Part shown: positions 45,256 to 58,803 of the stretch, one piece after another
Position numbering within the stretch: the first letter of the stretch is position 1
Layout: every line of letters begins with the position of its first letter
Assembly: GCA_950097015.1 (NCBI GenBank)
Contig: CATNEN010000030.1
Coordinates: 4,030,001-4,094,000, forward strand
Direction of reading: 5' to 3'
Length of the DNA: 64,000 nucleotides
DNA from: Macrostomum hystrix
Lineage: Eukaryota > Animalia > Platyhelminthes
Notes under the pieces: generated by a model
Seen by the model: only the letters and a program-made list of their open reading frames with translations
Told to the model about the DNA's origin: nothing
Databases searched by the model: none
Translations under genes and position numbers: made by a program

Positions 45256-47666
45256 ATGGCTAGCAGAGGATCTGCTCTTAGGCCGGGGACAGCGTCGCGC
45301 CTCAAGACGGCGATGCGGCCGGAGGCCAAGGGCGGCTCGGCAGTTGCCGCTGGTGCGAACGTTAGGGTGAGAATTCGCAATTATTGCAAGATACGATAAA
45401 GACAGTGTGACTTGCACCAAACTTGCTTGGGCAACGAGTAAGTAAATAATTTCTAACTTTTTTAAGTTCGAGGACCGGCCGATCACCCAGCAAGGCCTGG
45501 GTGGCCTGAAGACAGGCGGAAAGGGACTCAGGCGCCAGCACGAGGACAAAAGCTACTATATTGGCCTGCTGCGCTCCAAAATTAATGAGTTAGCCTCAGA
45601 AATTAGCCAGCTGAAGCAGGGCCTGGAGACGATGGAAGAGGAGAGCAGCAGCTTTGTGCAGTACGAGAAAATGGCCGAAACCCTGGCGGGCGACATCAAG
45701 GCGCTGCAGGGCGAGCTGGCCGACTATAACACGCTGGTGGACAAGCTCAACACCGATCAGGATGTTGCGAACATCCAGATGGACTGCGAGGAACTGCGCG
45801 GACAGAATGAGCGCGAAGAGCGCGAGCTGGAGCGAGTTTTCGGCGAGCGCAAGGAGGCCGAGGCCGCGGTGCGGGCTGTTGAGCATGAGCTGGAGCAGGA
45901 GAGGCGAATGGCGGACAGCCTGGTGCAGCAGATGCAACCAGCCCAACAGAGGCGCTACCAGCAGCTCAAAGAGGAGAACGGCCAGCTGGCCCGTCAGCTG
46001 GAGACCGGCCAAGCCGAATTGGAGGATCTTCGACGGCGTCGCGGACACCTGGAGGATGAGCTGGCGCCGAATCCTGTGAAGCAGGAGGCAGTGCGACTGT
46101 GCGAGCAGCTGCGCGAGGCCGAGGAGCGGCGGGACGCCTTGCTGGAAGAGGCGCGGGCGGCTGGCAACCCGCAGCAGGAGCGGGAGCGGCTGCTGGCACA
46201 GGTGAGAGAGAGGGGAGAGGCTGCTGGCACAGGTGAGGGAGAGGTGAGCGGCTGCTGGCACAGTTGAGGGAGAGGTGAGCGGCTGCTGGCACAGGTGAGG
46301 GAGAGGTGAGCGGCTGCTGGCACAGGTGAGAGAGAGGGGAGCGGCTGCTGGCACAGGTGAGAGAGAGGGGAACGGCTGCTGGCACAGGTGAGGCAGAGGG
46401 GAGCGGCTTCAGGCACAGGTGAGGGAGAGGGGAGCGGCTTCAGGCACAGGTGAGAGAGAGGGGAACAGTTGCTGGCACAGGTGAAGGAGAGGGTAGCGGC
46501 AGCAGGATCAGGTGAGGGAGAGGGGAACGGCTGCTGGCACAGTTGAGGGAGAGGGGAGCGGCTGCAGGAACAGGTGAGGGAGAGGGGAACGGCCTGCTGG
46601 CACCGGTGAGGGAGAGTGGCACTGGTGATTCAAACAGCTTTCGTATAGCTAAATTTGAAATCATTCTTCTTCGGTTTCTAAAAAATCTATATTTTAAGAA
46701 AAAAGAACAATATGAGTACCTTTTCTAATAGTAGCACTTTCAGTAGTACAGTGCTAAGAGGGCAACTTAAAATAGAATTAACGATAAGTGCAATGAGTAT
46801 TGCAAACCGGCAGGTGAAAGAGGACAACCAAGAGATTGGCACAATGGAGCGTCAGACAAGAGAGGCCGTTGAGCGCTTGCAGCTGGTGCAGAGCGAGATT
46901 CGCGCCACGGACCAGGACATCGAGGATGTGTCTGGCCAGCGCTCGCAGCAATACCGCGAGTTGCGCAAGCGCGAGGAACAAATGGACGAATTCCTCGGCG
47001 GCTACGATTCGACATTCGCCGGCGAGAAGGCCAAACTAAGCGACCTGGAGAGACAGGTTGTTGAGCTGCTGGACTTTATCACTCGCAGCATGGGTACGTT
47101 GAACCGTTGGCTCAAATAGATTGATGCAATAAATTATTGAACAATGTAAGCGTTCTAATATCGCCGAACCATTTCAAACCCAGGTCGGGTCAGCTCCCTG
47201 CCTTCAGCCACAGACTTTCGGTCGCTGCAGGACCAGCTGAAGTTTAAGGCCACGGAGAAGGACAAGGCGGACGTTACGGCAAACACTCTGAGCAGCGGCC
47301 ACGTGAAAGTGCAACAGGATCTGCTCAAGATTGACCAGCTCGAGCGGAAGACAACGGAGGAAATCGAATCGCTGAAGGAAAGAATCAGAACAATGCAGGA
47401 CGAGCTGGGCAGATACGGAAATATTGGCGGCCTGATGGCGGAGAGCGAGGCCAAGAGAGAGTCGGTGAGACAAGCGCTATCGGTGGATGGATGGATAGAT
47501 AGATAGATAAGTAGATAGATGATAGATAGATAAATAGATAGATAGATAGATAGATAGATAGAGAGATAGATAAGTAGATAGATGATAGATAGATAAATAG
47601 ATAGATAGATAGATAGATAGATGATAGATAGATAGATGGATAAGTAGATAGATGATAGATAGATAA

Positions 47667-47700
<34 letters not shown>

Positions 47701-47724
47701 GATAGATAGATGATAGATAGATAA

Positions 47725-47758
<34 letters not shown>

Positions 47759-47916
47759 GATAGATAGATGATAGATAGATAAATAGACAGATAGATAGAT
47801 AGATAGATAGATAAATAGACAGATAGATAGATAGACAGATAGATAGATAGACAGATAGATAGATAGATAGATAGATGATAGATAGATAGATGATAGATAG
47901 ATAAATAGACAGATAG

Positions 47917-47974
<58 letters not shown>

Positions 47975-48064
47975 GATAGATAGATAGATAGATAGATAGA
48001 CAGATAGATAGATAGATAGATGATAGATAGATAGATAGATAGATAGACAGATAGATAGATAGAT

Positions 48065-48138
<74 letters not shown>

Positions 48139-48159
48139 CAGATAGATAGATAGATAGAT

Positions 48160-48207
<48 letters not shown>

Positions 48208-51200
48208 GATAGATAGATAGATGATAGATAGATAGATGGATAGATAGATAGATTTTGCAATATAAAGAAAACTAATCTATCGTTTTTCTTATTTCAACAA
48301 GCCGGTTTCCTTTTGGATGAAAATTTACAATTTATTTAAGTTTTACAAGTCGATAAAAAGATAATGCAAACTTTTGTTGAATTATTTTCAGCGCAATAAA
48401 GCTTTAAAGCAGGTTAATAAAACAAAGCATTTACGTTAATAATATGTTGACAGTTGTAGAGAAATGCGTTTTTATTTGCAGAGTAGAGGGCAGATATCGT
48501 TTAACAAAAATGCTACCTGTTGGCATCAGCTTCACGGTTGACGATAAAACTTGTACCGAATTCATGCTGAGTATAACGTTAAATTTCAATGAAAATATGA
48601 TTACCACGGTTAAGGTTCAGCGATAGTGTCAAATATTGTTAGTTTACACATTCACCACACTGGGCATTGAGTAGCTAAACAGTAGCCCATTGTGCAGCTT
48701 CCGTCGCTGAAGGCTGGGCAGAGCGGCAAACACCAGCAGGTAGAGAGACAGGCAGGCCAGCACCAATGCGGCGGCTCCGGCTGACAGGCAGGCCAGGACT
48801 AGCCGAGCTGTGTCTGCTGGCAGCCTGGCCGCGCCGACTAGAGCCATAAGGCCGAGTCCGGCGATGGAGATGAGCAACGCCACGGCCATGATGAGCAGTA
48901 CAGTGAGTAGTCTGGTTAGGCCAGTAAAGGACCGCAGTCGGACGAGCTCGTGCGTCAAGCTTAGAGTTGTCATGCCCGGTTCTACTTTCAACGATTCGAT
49001 TTTTGTCTTGGCTTGAGACTCTGCTTTTCTTTGGCTATTCGGTTCAGCCTGGCCTCCGTCAGTGACCTCATTTAAGACTGGTCGGCTGTGCTTTGTTGTG
49101 TTCATTGCGCAATGAGCGTGGGGTGGTTTGCCATTGCCTGCTCTCACCTCACCCATTCTACCCTCATTCTAAGCTAGCCTACCTGCGCTTTCGAGTTTTT
49201 ATTATCGATTTTTCGTCATCGATTGTGTTGCGTAATGGCTTGACTGCGCCACGTCTCTCTCTCGCCGAGCCTGCACTGCCTTCCTACGAAGCCATTCTCT
49301 CTCTTCCCCCTCCCCACTTTTGGTTCATATTGGGTGCCAGGGCACTTCACATTTTAAGTCCAATCTAGCCGTTTTTGTATCAAGATTTCAAGCATAAAGA
49401 TGCTTTGCTTTGCTTAAACAATTTAAAAAATTTGGTTCATTTTTGCATAGCTTTCGTAAAGGCTTCTCCTGTTACCCGTGTTTCATTATTTTAGTTTAGA
49501 TGCTTCCAATGCATATCAATGTTCTCATGCTTACTCATACTTTTTATACTTCTCATGTGTCCTCACTACTGATTCTTCTCATGTGTCCTCAATACTGATT
49601 CTTCTCATGTGTCCTCAATACTGATTCTTCTCATGTGTCCTCACTACTGATTCTTCTCATGTGTCCTCAATACTGATTCTTCTCATGTGTCCTCAATACT
49701 GATTCTTCTCATGTGTCCTCAATACTGATTCTTCTCATGTGTCCTCAATACTGATTCTTCTCATGTGTCCTCAATACTGATTCTTCTCATGTGTCCTCAA
49801 TACTGATTCTTCTCATGTGTCCTCAATACTGATTCTTCTCATGTGTCCTCACTACTGATTCTTCTCATGTGTCCTCAATACTGATTCTTCTCATGTGTCC
49901 TCAATACTGATTCTTCTCATGTGTCCTCAATACTGATTCTTCTCATGTGTCCTCAATCCTCATTCTTCTCACGTGTCCTCATTTCTCATGGTTCTCATGT
50001 GTCCTCAATCCTCATGGTTCTCATGTGTCCTCAATACTGATTCTTCTCATGTGTCCTCAATACTGATTCTTCTCATGTGTCCTCAATACTGATTCTTCTC
50101 ATGTGTCCTCAATACTGATTCTTCTCATGTGTCCTCAATACTGATTCTTCTCATGTGTCCTCAATCCTCATTCTTCTCACGTGTCCTCATTTCTCATGGT
50201 TCTCATGTGTCCTCAATCCTCATGGTTCTCATGTGTCCTCAATACTGATTCTTCTCATGTGTCCTCAATACTGATTCTTCTCATGTGTCCTCAATACTGA
50301 TTCTTCTCATGTGTCCTCAATACTGATTCTTCTCATGTGTCCTCAATACTGATTCTTCTCATGTGTCCTCAATACTGATTCTTCTCATGTGTCCTCACTA
50401 CTGATTCTTCTCATGTGTCCTCAATACTGATTCTTCTCATGTGTCCTCAATACTGATTCTTCTCATGTGTCCTCAATACTGATTCTTCTCATGTGTCCTC
50501 AATCCTCATTCTTCTCACGTGTCCTCATTTCTCATGGTTCTCATGTGTCCTCAATCCTCATGGTTCTCATGTGTCCTCAATACTGATTCTTCTCATGTGT
50601 CCTCACTACTGATTCTTCTCATGTGTCCTCACTACTGATTCTTCTCATGTGTCCTCAATCTTCATTCTTCTCATGTGTCCTCAATACTGATTCTTCTCAT
50701 GTGTCCTCAATCCTCATGGTTCTCATGTGTCCTCAATCCTCATGGTTCTCATGTGTCCTCAATCCTCATTCTTCTCACGTGTCCTCATTTCTCATGGTTC
50801 TCATGTGTCCTCAATCCTCATGGTTCTCATGTGTCCTCAATCCTCATGGTTCTCATGTGTCCTCAATCCTCATGGTTCTCATGTGTCCTCAATCCTCATG
50901 GTTCTCATGTGTCCTCAATCCTCATGGTTCTCATGTATCCTCAATACTGATTCTTCTCATGTGTCCTCAATCCTCATTCTTCTCACGTGTCCTCAATCCT
51001 CATGGTTCTCATGTGTCCTCAATCCTCATGGTTCTCATGTATCCTCAATCCTCATTCTTCTCATGTGTCCTCAATACTCATGGTTCTCATGTATCCTCAA
51101 TCCTCATTCTTCTCATGTGTCCTCAATACTCATGGTTCTCATGTGTCCTCAATCCTCATGGTTCTCATGTGTCCTCAATACTCATGGTTCTCATGTATCC

Positions 51201-53948
51201 TCAATCCTCATTCTTCTCATGTGTCCTCAATCCTCATGGTTCTCATGTGTCCTCAATACTCATGGTTCTCATGTATCCTCAATCCTCATTCTTCTCATGT
51301 GTCCTCAATCCTCATGGTTCTCATGTGTCCTCAATCCTCATGGTTCTCATGTGTCCTCAATCCTCATGGTTCTCATGTGTCCTCAATTCTCATTCTTCTC
51401 ATGTGTCCTCAATCCTCATGGTTCTCATGTGTCCTCAATCCTCATGGTTCTCATGTGTCCTCAATCCTCATGGTTCTCATGTGTCCTCAATCCTCATGGT
51501 TCTCATGTGTCCTCAATCCTCATGGTTCTCATGTGTCCTCAATCCTCATGGTTCTCATGTGTCCTCAATCCTCATGGTTCTCATGTGTCCTCAATCCTCA
51601 TGGTTCTCATGTGTCCTCAATCCTCATGGTTCTCAATCGTCGCCATGCCGTATTTTTGCCAGCTCGTGCAAGTCATATTTCTAAAACTTCTCATGTTTAA
51701 TGATCAGGTTGCTCTGGTAAGCATGAACATTACAAATGGGACATGCAAGTTGGCAAGCGGTTACATTGTTTAACTGAGCTTAATCTTGCTCATAAGGTCA
51801 ACCAATACTGAAATGAGCTCAGTGGGCCAAGTCTAGAAGGCAGAGGCGGTGAGCATGCATGGGCAGCGCTGGCTACTCTGATATTTAAAGGTGCTAATTT
51901 AGCACGCGCGGCAAAAACGATTTTTTTTTCTTTTTTACATTTTTCACAGTATGGAAATACGAGTATGGATTTCACAGTATGGAAATACGAGTATGGATTT
52001 CACAGTATGGAAATACGAGTATGGATTTCACAGTATGGAAATACGAGTATGGATTTCACAGTATGGAAATACGAGTATGGATTTCACAGTATGGAAATAC
52101 GAGTATGGATTTCACAGTATGGAAATACGAGTATGGATTTCACAGTATGGAAATACGAGTATGGATTTCACAGTATGGAAATACGAGTATGGATTTCACA
52201 GTATGGAAATACGAGTATGGATTTCACAGTATGGAAATACGAGTATGGATTTCACAGTATGGAAATACGAGTATGGATTTCACAGTATGGAAATACGAGT
52301 ATGGATTTCACAGTATGGAAATACGAGTATGGATTTCACAGTATGGAAATACGAGTATGGATTTCACAGTATGGAAATACGAGTATGGATTTCACAGTAT
52401 GGAAATACGAGTATGGATTTCACAGTATGGAAATACGAGTATGGATTTCACAGTATGGAAATACGAGTATGGATTTCACAGTATGGAAATACGAGTATGG
52501 ATTTCACAGTATGGAAATACGAGTATGGATTTCACAGTATGGAAATACGAGTATGGATTTCACAGTATGAAAATGCGAGTATGGATTTCACAGTATGGAA
52601 ATACGAGTATGGATTTCACAGTATGGAAATACGAGTATGGATTTCACAGTATGGAATTACGAGTATGGATTTCACAGTATGGAAATACGAGTATGGATTT
52701 CACAGTATGGAAATACGAGTATGGATTTCACAGTATGAAAATGCGAGTATGGATTTCACAGTATGGAAATACGAGTATGGATTTCACAGTATGGAAATAC
52801 GAGTATGGATTTCACAGTATGGAAATACGAGTATGGATTTCACAGTATGGAAATACGAGTATGGATTTCACAGTATGGAAATACGAGTATGGATTTCACA
52901 GTATGGAAATACGAGTATGGATTTCACAGTATGAAAATACGAGTATGGATTTCACAGTATGGAAATACGAGTATGGATTTCACAGTATGAAAATACGAGT
53001 ATGGATTTCACAGTATGGAAATACGAGTATGGATTTCACAGTATGGAAATACGAGTATGGATTTCACAGTATGGAAATACGAGTATGGATTTCAAAGTAT
53101 GGAAATACGAGTATGGATTTCACAGTATGGCAATACGAGTATGGATTTCACAGTATGGAAATACGAGTATGGATTTTACAGTATGGAAATACGAGTATGG
53201 ATTTCACAGTATGGAAATACGAGTATGGATTTTACAGTATGGAAATACGAGTATGGATTTTACAGTATGGAAATGCGAGTATGGATTTCACAGTATGGAA
53301 ATACGAGTATGGATTTCACAGTATGGAAACTCGACGATGCTGAAGTCTGACAGCTTTGAAAGTTCATCGTAAAAGGGCGGAAAATGTTGATCCGTTATGG
53401 TATAATTTCACGAAAATCGGTCAATCAGTTTGGGAGCCTATCGTGAAGTAGGCAGTCTGCAGTGTTTGAAATGCCCCCATGGCCTGTAACGCGTCCGATT
53501 CTCGCAATGATGATCCTGAGCTCGATTCCGCGGCGAGGTCCTCATTAAACTGTCGAATTGGAATCGCTATCAACGAGTATGGCGAGCTCTATTCTCACAG
53601 TCCGACAAGCCACCCCCCCCCCCGCCAACCCGCCACACACAGCTGGGCAAGGAGCGCGCCGTGCTGGGCCGCCGGCGGGAGCAGATGAAGCGGCTGAGTC
53701 GTCAGCTGTCGGCAAGCTACGAGGCCAAGAAGAAGGAGCTGGCCGAGAATGAGAACCATTCTCAGCTGAGCAACCTGGAGCGCAAGTGGCAGCATCATGA
53801 GCAGAACAATTTCGTCATGCGCGAGTTCATAGCATCCAAATCGGCCGAGTCGGACACGAGTCTGGTGTCGAGCAAAGTTCTGTCACTGTCTCAGAATCTC
53901 AATGGTCGGCTAATGCAGATCGCTGCGAAGGCTCAGACCCTGGCCTAA
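45256..53948 (+). CDS. IFT74: Intraflagellar transport protein 74, about 570 aa. Exons 45256-45366, 45467-46201, 46814-47093, 47184-47464, 53643-53948
   Basis: [15 protein letters not shown]...[44 protein letters not shown] and [30 protein letters not shown]. Exon phases 0,0,1,0 are consistent. Confidence 0.96.
46184..46625 (+). repeat. 31-bp minisatellite made from the IFT74 exon 2/intron 2 junction (gagcggctgctggcacag|gtgagagagaggg), 14 units
   Basis: The first unit is the real exon end; GT donors recur at 31-bp spacing. Confidence 0.95.
47485..48252. repeat. (GATA)n microsatellite, about 770 bp
   Basis: Interrupted GATA/GACA tract starting 20 bp after the IFT74 exon 4 donor. Confidence 0.98.
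48644..49105 (-). CDS. Small two-TM membrane protein (153 aa), nested antisense in IFT74 intron 4
   Basis: Intronless GC-rich ORF with a polar N-terminus and two long hydrophobic segments ([28 protein letters not shown]; [28 protein letters not shown]). No family recognised. Confidence 0.6.
   Translation of the reverse strand: MNTTKHSRPVLNEVTDGGQAEPNSQRKAESQAKTKIESLKVEPGMTTLSLTHELVRLRSFTGLTRLLTVLLIMAVALLISIAGLGLMALVGAARLPADTARLVLACLSAGAAALVLACLSLYLLVFAALPSLQRRKLHNGLLFSYSMPSVVNV
49548..51634. repeat. 26-bp satellite (atgtgtcctcaatactgattcttctc grading to atgtgtcctcaatcctcatggttctc), about 80 copies
   Basis: Tandem array in IFT74 intron 4. Confidence 0.97.
51941..53329. repeat. 28-bp satellite (tttcacagtatggaaatacgagtatgga), about 50 copies
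   Basis: Highly homogeneous tandem array in IFT74 intron 4. Confidence 0.98.
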
Positions 53949-54007
53949 ACTAATTAAATATTTTTTCTTTTCTCTTTGTAATCTCATTACAGATTTCTGA
54001 ACAAAAA

Positions 54008-54640
54008 ATGGGTGGGTCATGGAATTAGAAGTAAAAAAATAGGTTATGGGATCAGAAGTTAAAAAATGGATCATGGGATCAGAAGTTAAAAAGTGGGTCA
54101 TGGGATCAGAAGTTAAAAAATGGGTCATGGGATCAGAAGTTAAAAAATGGGTCATGGGATCAGAAGTTAAATAAATGGATCATGGGATCAGAAGTTTGAG
54201 AAGTGGGTCATTGACTCAAGGGATCAGAAGTTTGAGAAGTGGGTCATTGACTCATGGGATCAGAAGTTTGAGAAGTGGGTCATTGACTCATGGGATCAGA
54301 AGTTTGAGAAGTGGGTCATTGACTCATGGGATCAGAAGTTTGAGAAGTGGGTCATTGACTCATGGGATCAGAAGTTTGAGAAGTGGGTCATTGACTCATG
54401 GGATCAGAAGTTTGAGAAGTGGGTCATTGACTCATGGGATCAGAAGTTTGAGAAGTGGGTCATTGACTCATGGGATCAGAAGTTTGAGAAGTGGGTCATT
54501 GACTCAAGGGATCAGAAGTTTGAGAAGTGGGTCATTGACTCATGGGATCAGAAGTTTGAGAAGTGGGTCATTGACTCATGGGATCAGAAGTTTAAGAAGT
54601 GAGTCATTGACTCATGGGATCAGAAGTTTAAGAAGTGAGT
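54008..54640. repeat. Compound 27-bp then 36-bp minisatellite (shared core catgggatcagaagtt)
   Basis: About 6 units of 27 bp, then about 13 units of 36 bp. Confidence 0.93.
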
Positions 54641-55533
54641 CAATTATGAACTTAAACTTTCGTCTTAATTAATGCCAATCTTTGATTTTTAAAGGATGTT
54701 TGGCAAGTTACTCGTAGTAAACCTGACTTGAAACTAACTAGCAATAAAAATATTGAGGTGAAATCACCCAATTATCCTTCTATTGCAATATAAATACACT
54801 TAACAAAAAGTAGGGCTGAATTTTTAAGCACATTTGTGATGGCAACTCTTGTGAAATGCTTTGCAGGGTCTTTGTTTTATCGCGCTTCCTTGCCTGTTAA
54901 TGAAGTAGATTTGCTTTCACTGGCGTCATGCTCTTCCTGATAGTTGACTCAGGGATCGGAAATTAATGCATATTCCGAATGCATTGACGGCTTAGTGGGC
55001 AAGCAAAAAATCAAAAAGAGGCGGGACATTGTTCCTTAATCCCGTGAACCAAGAATTTTTTGACTAATTAAGGGATTCATCTTCTAGGTGAAAAGAGCAG
55101 GAAAAATTGTTAAAAGCCGTTGGGAATTTCGGGCACAATGAGCTCAGCAGGCAAAGATTCAGACGGGATGAAGGCCAGAAATAGGATATTCAAAAAATCG
55201 CTTTAGTCGAGGCGACAGATTAGACAAGCCTTTTAATCTGAGTGTTGCGCGCGACAGTGATCAGTGAAGCAGAACAGCAGCTCAAATTATTTAGCTGGGC
55301 GCGCTACAATTTTTCAGCTGGGATTTTATTTCCGTTTTTGCGGCATGCCAAACCTGCGTAGCTTTTACTGTTTCAGATTTAACCGACAAAATATGTCTTA
55401 CTATATTTTTTGTGCGACTATAGAAGTTTCCACTGAGTGAATGGATAACTATTATACTCATTATCGACAGACAAAAAGGACTCATTGGACTTTCACTGGT
55501 TAAAAACACGTTACAATTTTTACGATCACATTG

Positions 55534-58512
55534 TCAGTTGTCACCTGTTAAGAATCAGGTGTGCTAGTGTCAGACAGTTGTCACCTGTTCAGAATCAGGT
55601 GTGCTAGTGTCAGACAGTTGTCACCTGTTCAGAATCAGAAGGTGTGCTAGTGTCAGACACAGTTGTCACCTGTTCAGAATCAGAAGGTGTGCTAGTGTCA
55701 GACACAGTTGTCACCTGTTCAGAATCAGAAGGTGTGCTAGTGTCAGACACAGTTGTCACCTGTTCAGAATCAGAAGGTGTGCTAGTGTCAGACAGTTGTC
55801 ACCTGTTCAGAATCAGGTGTGCTAGTGTCAGACAGTTGTCACCTGTTCAGAATCAGAAGGTGTGCTAGTGTCAGACACAGTTGTCACCTGTTCAGAATCA
55901 GAAGGTGTGCTAGTGTCAGACACAGTTGTCACCTGTTCAGAATCAGAAGGTGTGCTAGTGTCAGACACAGTTGTCACCTGTTCAGAATCAGAAGGTGTGC
56001 TAGTGTCAGACAGTTGTCACCTGTTCAGAATCAGGTGTGCTAGTGTCAGACAGTTGTCACCTGTTCAGAATCAGAAGGTGTGCTAGTGTCAGACACAGTT
56101 GTCACCTGTTCAGAATCAGAAGGTGTGCTAGTGTCAGACAGTTGTCACCTGTTCAGAATCAGGTGTGCTAGTGTCAGACAGTTGTCACCTGTTCAGAATC
56201 AGAAGGTGTGCTAGTGTCAGACACAGTTGTCACCTGTTCAGAATCAGAAGGTGTGCTAGTGTCAGACACAGTTGTCACCTGTTCAGAATCAGAAGGTGTG
56301 CTAGTGTCAGACAGTTGTCACCTGTTCAGAATCAGAAGGCGTGCTAGTGTCAGACACAGTTGTCACCTGTTCAGAATCAGAAGGCGTGCTAGTGTCAGAC
56401 ACAGTTGTCACCTGTTCAGAATCAGAAGGTGTGCTAGTGTCAGACAGTTGTCACCTGTTCAGAATCAGAAGGCGTGCTAGTGTCAGACACAGTTGTCACC
56501 TGTTCAGAATCAGAAGGTGTGCTAGTGTCAGACACAGTTGTCACCTGTTCAGAATCAGAAGGTGTGCTAGTGTCAGACACAGTTGTCACCTGTTCAGAAT
56601 CAGAAGGTGTGCTAGTGTCAGACACAGTTGTCACCTGTTCAGAATCAGAAGGTGTGCTAGTGTCAGACAGTTGTCACCTGTTCAGAATCAGAAGGCGTGC
56701 TAGTGTCAGACACAGTTGTCACCTGTTCAGAATCAGAAGGTGTGCTAGTGTCAGACAGTTGTCACCTGTTCAGAATCAGAAGGCGTGCTAGTGTCAGACA
56801 CAGTTGTCACCTGTTCAGAATCAGAAGGTGTGCTAGTTTCAGACACAGTTGTCACCTGTTCAGAATCAGAAGGTGTGCTAGTGTCAGACACAGTTGTCAC
56901 CTGTTCAGAATCAGAAGGTGTGCTAGTGTCAGACACAGTTGTCACCTGTTCAGAATCAGAAGGTGTGCTAGTGTCAGACACAGTTGTCACCTGTTCAGAA
57001 TCAGAAGGTGTGCTAGTGTCAGACACAGTTGTCACCTGTTCAGAATCAGAAGGTGTGCTAGTGTCAGACAGTTGTCACCTGTTCAGAATCAGAAGGCGTG
57101 CTAGTGTCAGACACAGTTGTCACCTGTTCAGAATCAGAAGGCGTGCTAGTGTCAGACAGTTGTCACCTGTTCAGAATCAGAAGGTGTGCTAGTGTCAGAC
57201 ACAGTTGTCACCTGTTCAGAATCAGAAGGTGTGCTAGTGTCAGACAGTTGTCACCTGTTCAGAATCAGAAGGCGTGCTAGTGTCAGACACAGTTGTCACC
57301 TGTTCAGAATCAGAAGGTGTGCTAGTGTCAGACACAGTTGTCACCTGTTCAGAATCAGAAGGTGTGCTAGTGTCAGACACAGTTGTCACCTGTTCAGAAT
57401 CAGAAGGTGTGCTAGTGTCAGACACAGTTGTCACCTGTTCAGAATCAGAAGGTGTGCTAGTGTCAGACAGTTGTCACCTGTTCAGAATCAGAAGGCGTGC
57501 TAGTGTCAGACACAGTTGTCACCTGTTCAGAATCAGAAGGTGTGCTAGTGTCAGACAGTTGTCACCTGTTCAGAATCAGAAGGCGTGCTAGTGTCAGACA
57601 CAGTTGTCACCTGTTCAGAATCAGAAGGTGTGCTAGTTTCAGACACAGTTGTCACCTGTTCAGAATCAGAAGGTGTGCTAGTGTCAGACACAGTTGTCAC
57701 CTGTTCAGAATCAGAAGGTGTGCTAGTGTCAGACACAGTTGTCACCTGTTCAGAATCAGAAGGCGTGCTAGTGTCAGACACAGTTGTCACCTGTTCAGAA
57801 TCAGAAGGTGTGCTAGTGTCAGACACAGTTGTCACCTGTTCAGAATCAGAAGGTGTGCTAGTGTCAGACACAGTTGTCACCTGTTCAGAATCAGAAGGTG
57901 TGCTAGTGTCAGACACAGTTGTCACCTGTTCAGAATCAGAAGGTGTGCTAGTGTCAGACAGTTGTCACCTGTTCAGAATCAGAAGGCGTGCTAGTGTCAG
58001 ACACAGTTGTCACCTGTTCAGAATCAGAAGGTGTGCTAGTGTCAGACAGTTGTCACCTGTTCAGAATCAGAAGGCGTGCTAGTGTCAGACACAGTTGTCA
58101 CCTGTTCAGAATCAGAAGGTGTGCTAGTGTCAGACACAGTTGTCACCTGTTCAGAATCAGAAGGTGTGCTAGTGTCAGACACAGTTGTCACCTGTTCAGA
58201 ATCAGAAGGTGTGCTAGTGTCAGACACAGTTGTCACCTGTTCAGAATCAGAAGGTGTGCTAGTGTCAGACACAGTTGTCACCTGTTCAGAATCAGAAGGC
58301 GTGCTAGTGTCAGACACAGTTGTCACCTGTTCAGAATCAGAAGGTGTGCTAGTGTCAGACAGTTGTCACCTGTTCAGAATCAGAAGGCGTGCTAGTGTCA
58401 GACACAGTTGTCACCTGTTCAGAATCAGAAGGCGTGCTAGTGTCAGACAGTTGTCACCTGTTCAGAATCAGAAGGTGTGCTAGTGTCAGACACAGTTGTC
58501 ACCTGTTCAGAA
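55534..58512. repeat. About 45-bp satellite (ggtgtgctagtgtcagacacagttgtcacctgttcagaatcagaa) with shorter variants, about 3 kb
   Basis: Tandem array; the variants recur in higher-order blocks (e.g. a 218-bp shift from 55601 to 55819). Confidence 0.97.
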
Positions 58513-58617
58513 TAAAAACTACTGTGTTGTGCTGGTCAAAGATGTAATGCTGGTGCAATATTTTAATATTTGGGTTGATCAGTTAATGCTTATAAATAGC
58601 AATATGCTTATTACTTA

Positions 58618-58719
58618 AGCAAGACTAAAAGCAAGACTAAAAGCAAGACTAAAAGCAAGACTAAAAGCAAGACTAAAAGCAAGACTAAAAGCAAGACTAA
58701 AAGCAAGACTAAAAGACTA
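58618..58719. repeat. 12-bp tandem repeat (gcaagactaaaa)
   Basis: About 8 copies. Confidence 0.9.
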
Positions 58720-58803
58720 GACAGAATTTTCGGTTTATTTATTGTTATTTCAGTGTTATCTTTTGCAGCAGAAGCTTTGCAAGCTCTGTTGAATTTTCCT
58801 ACT

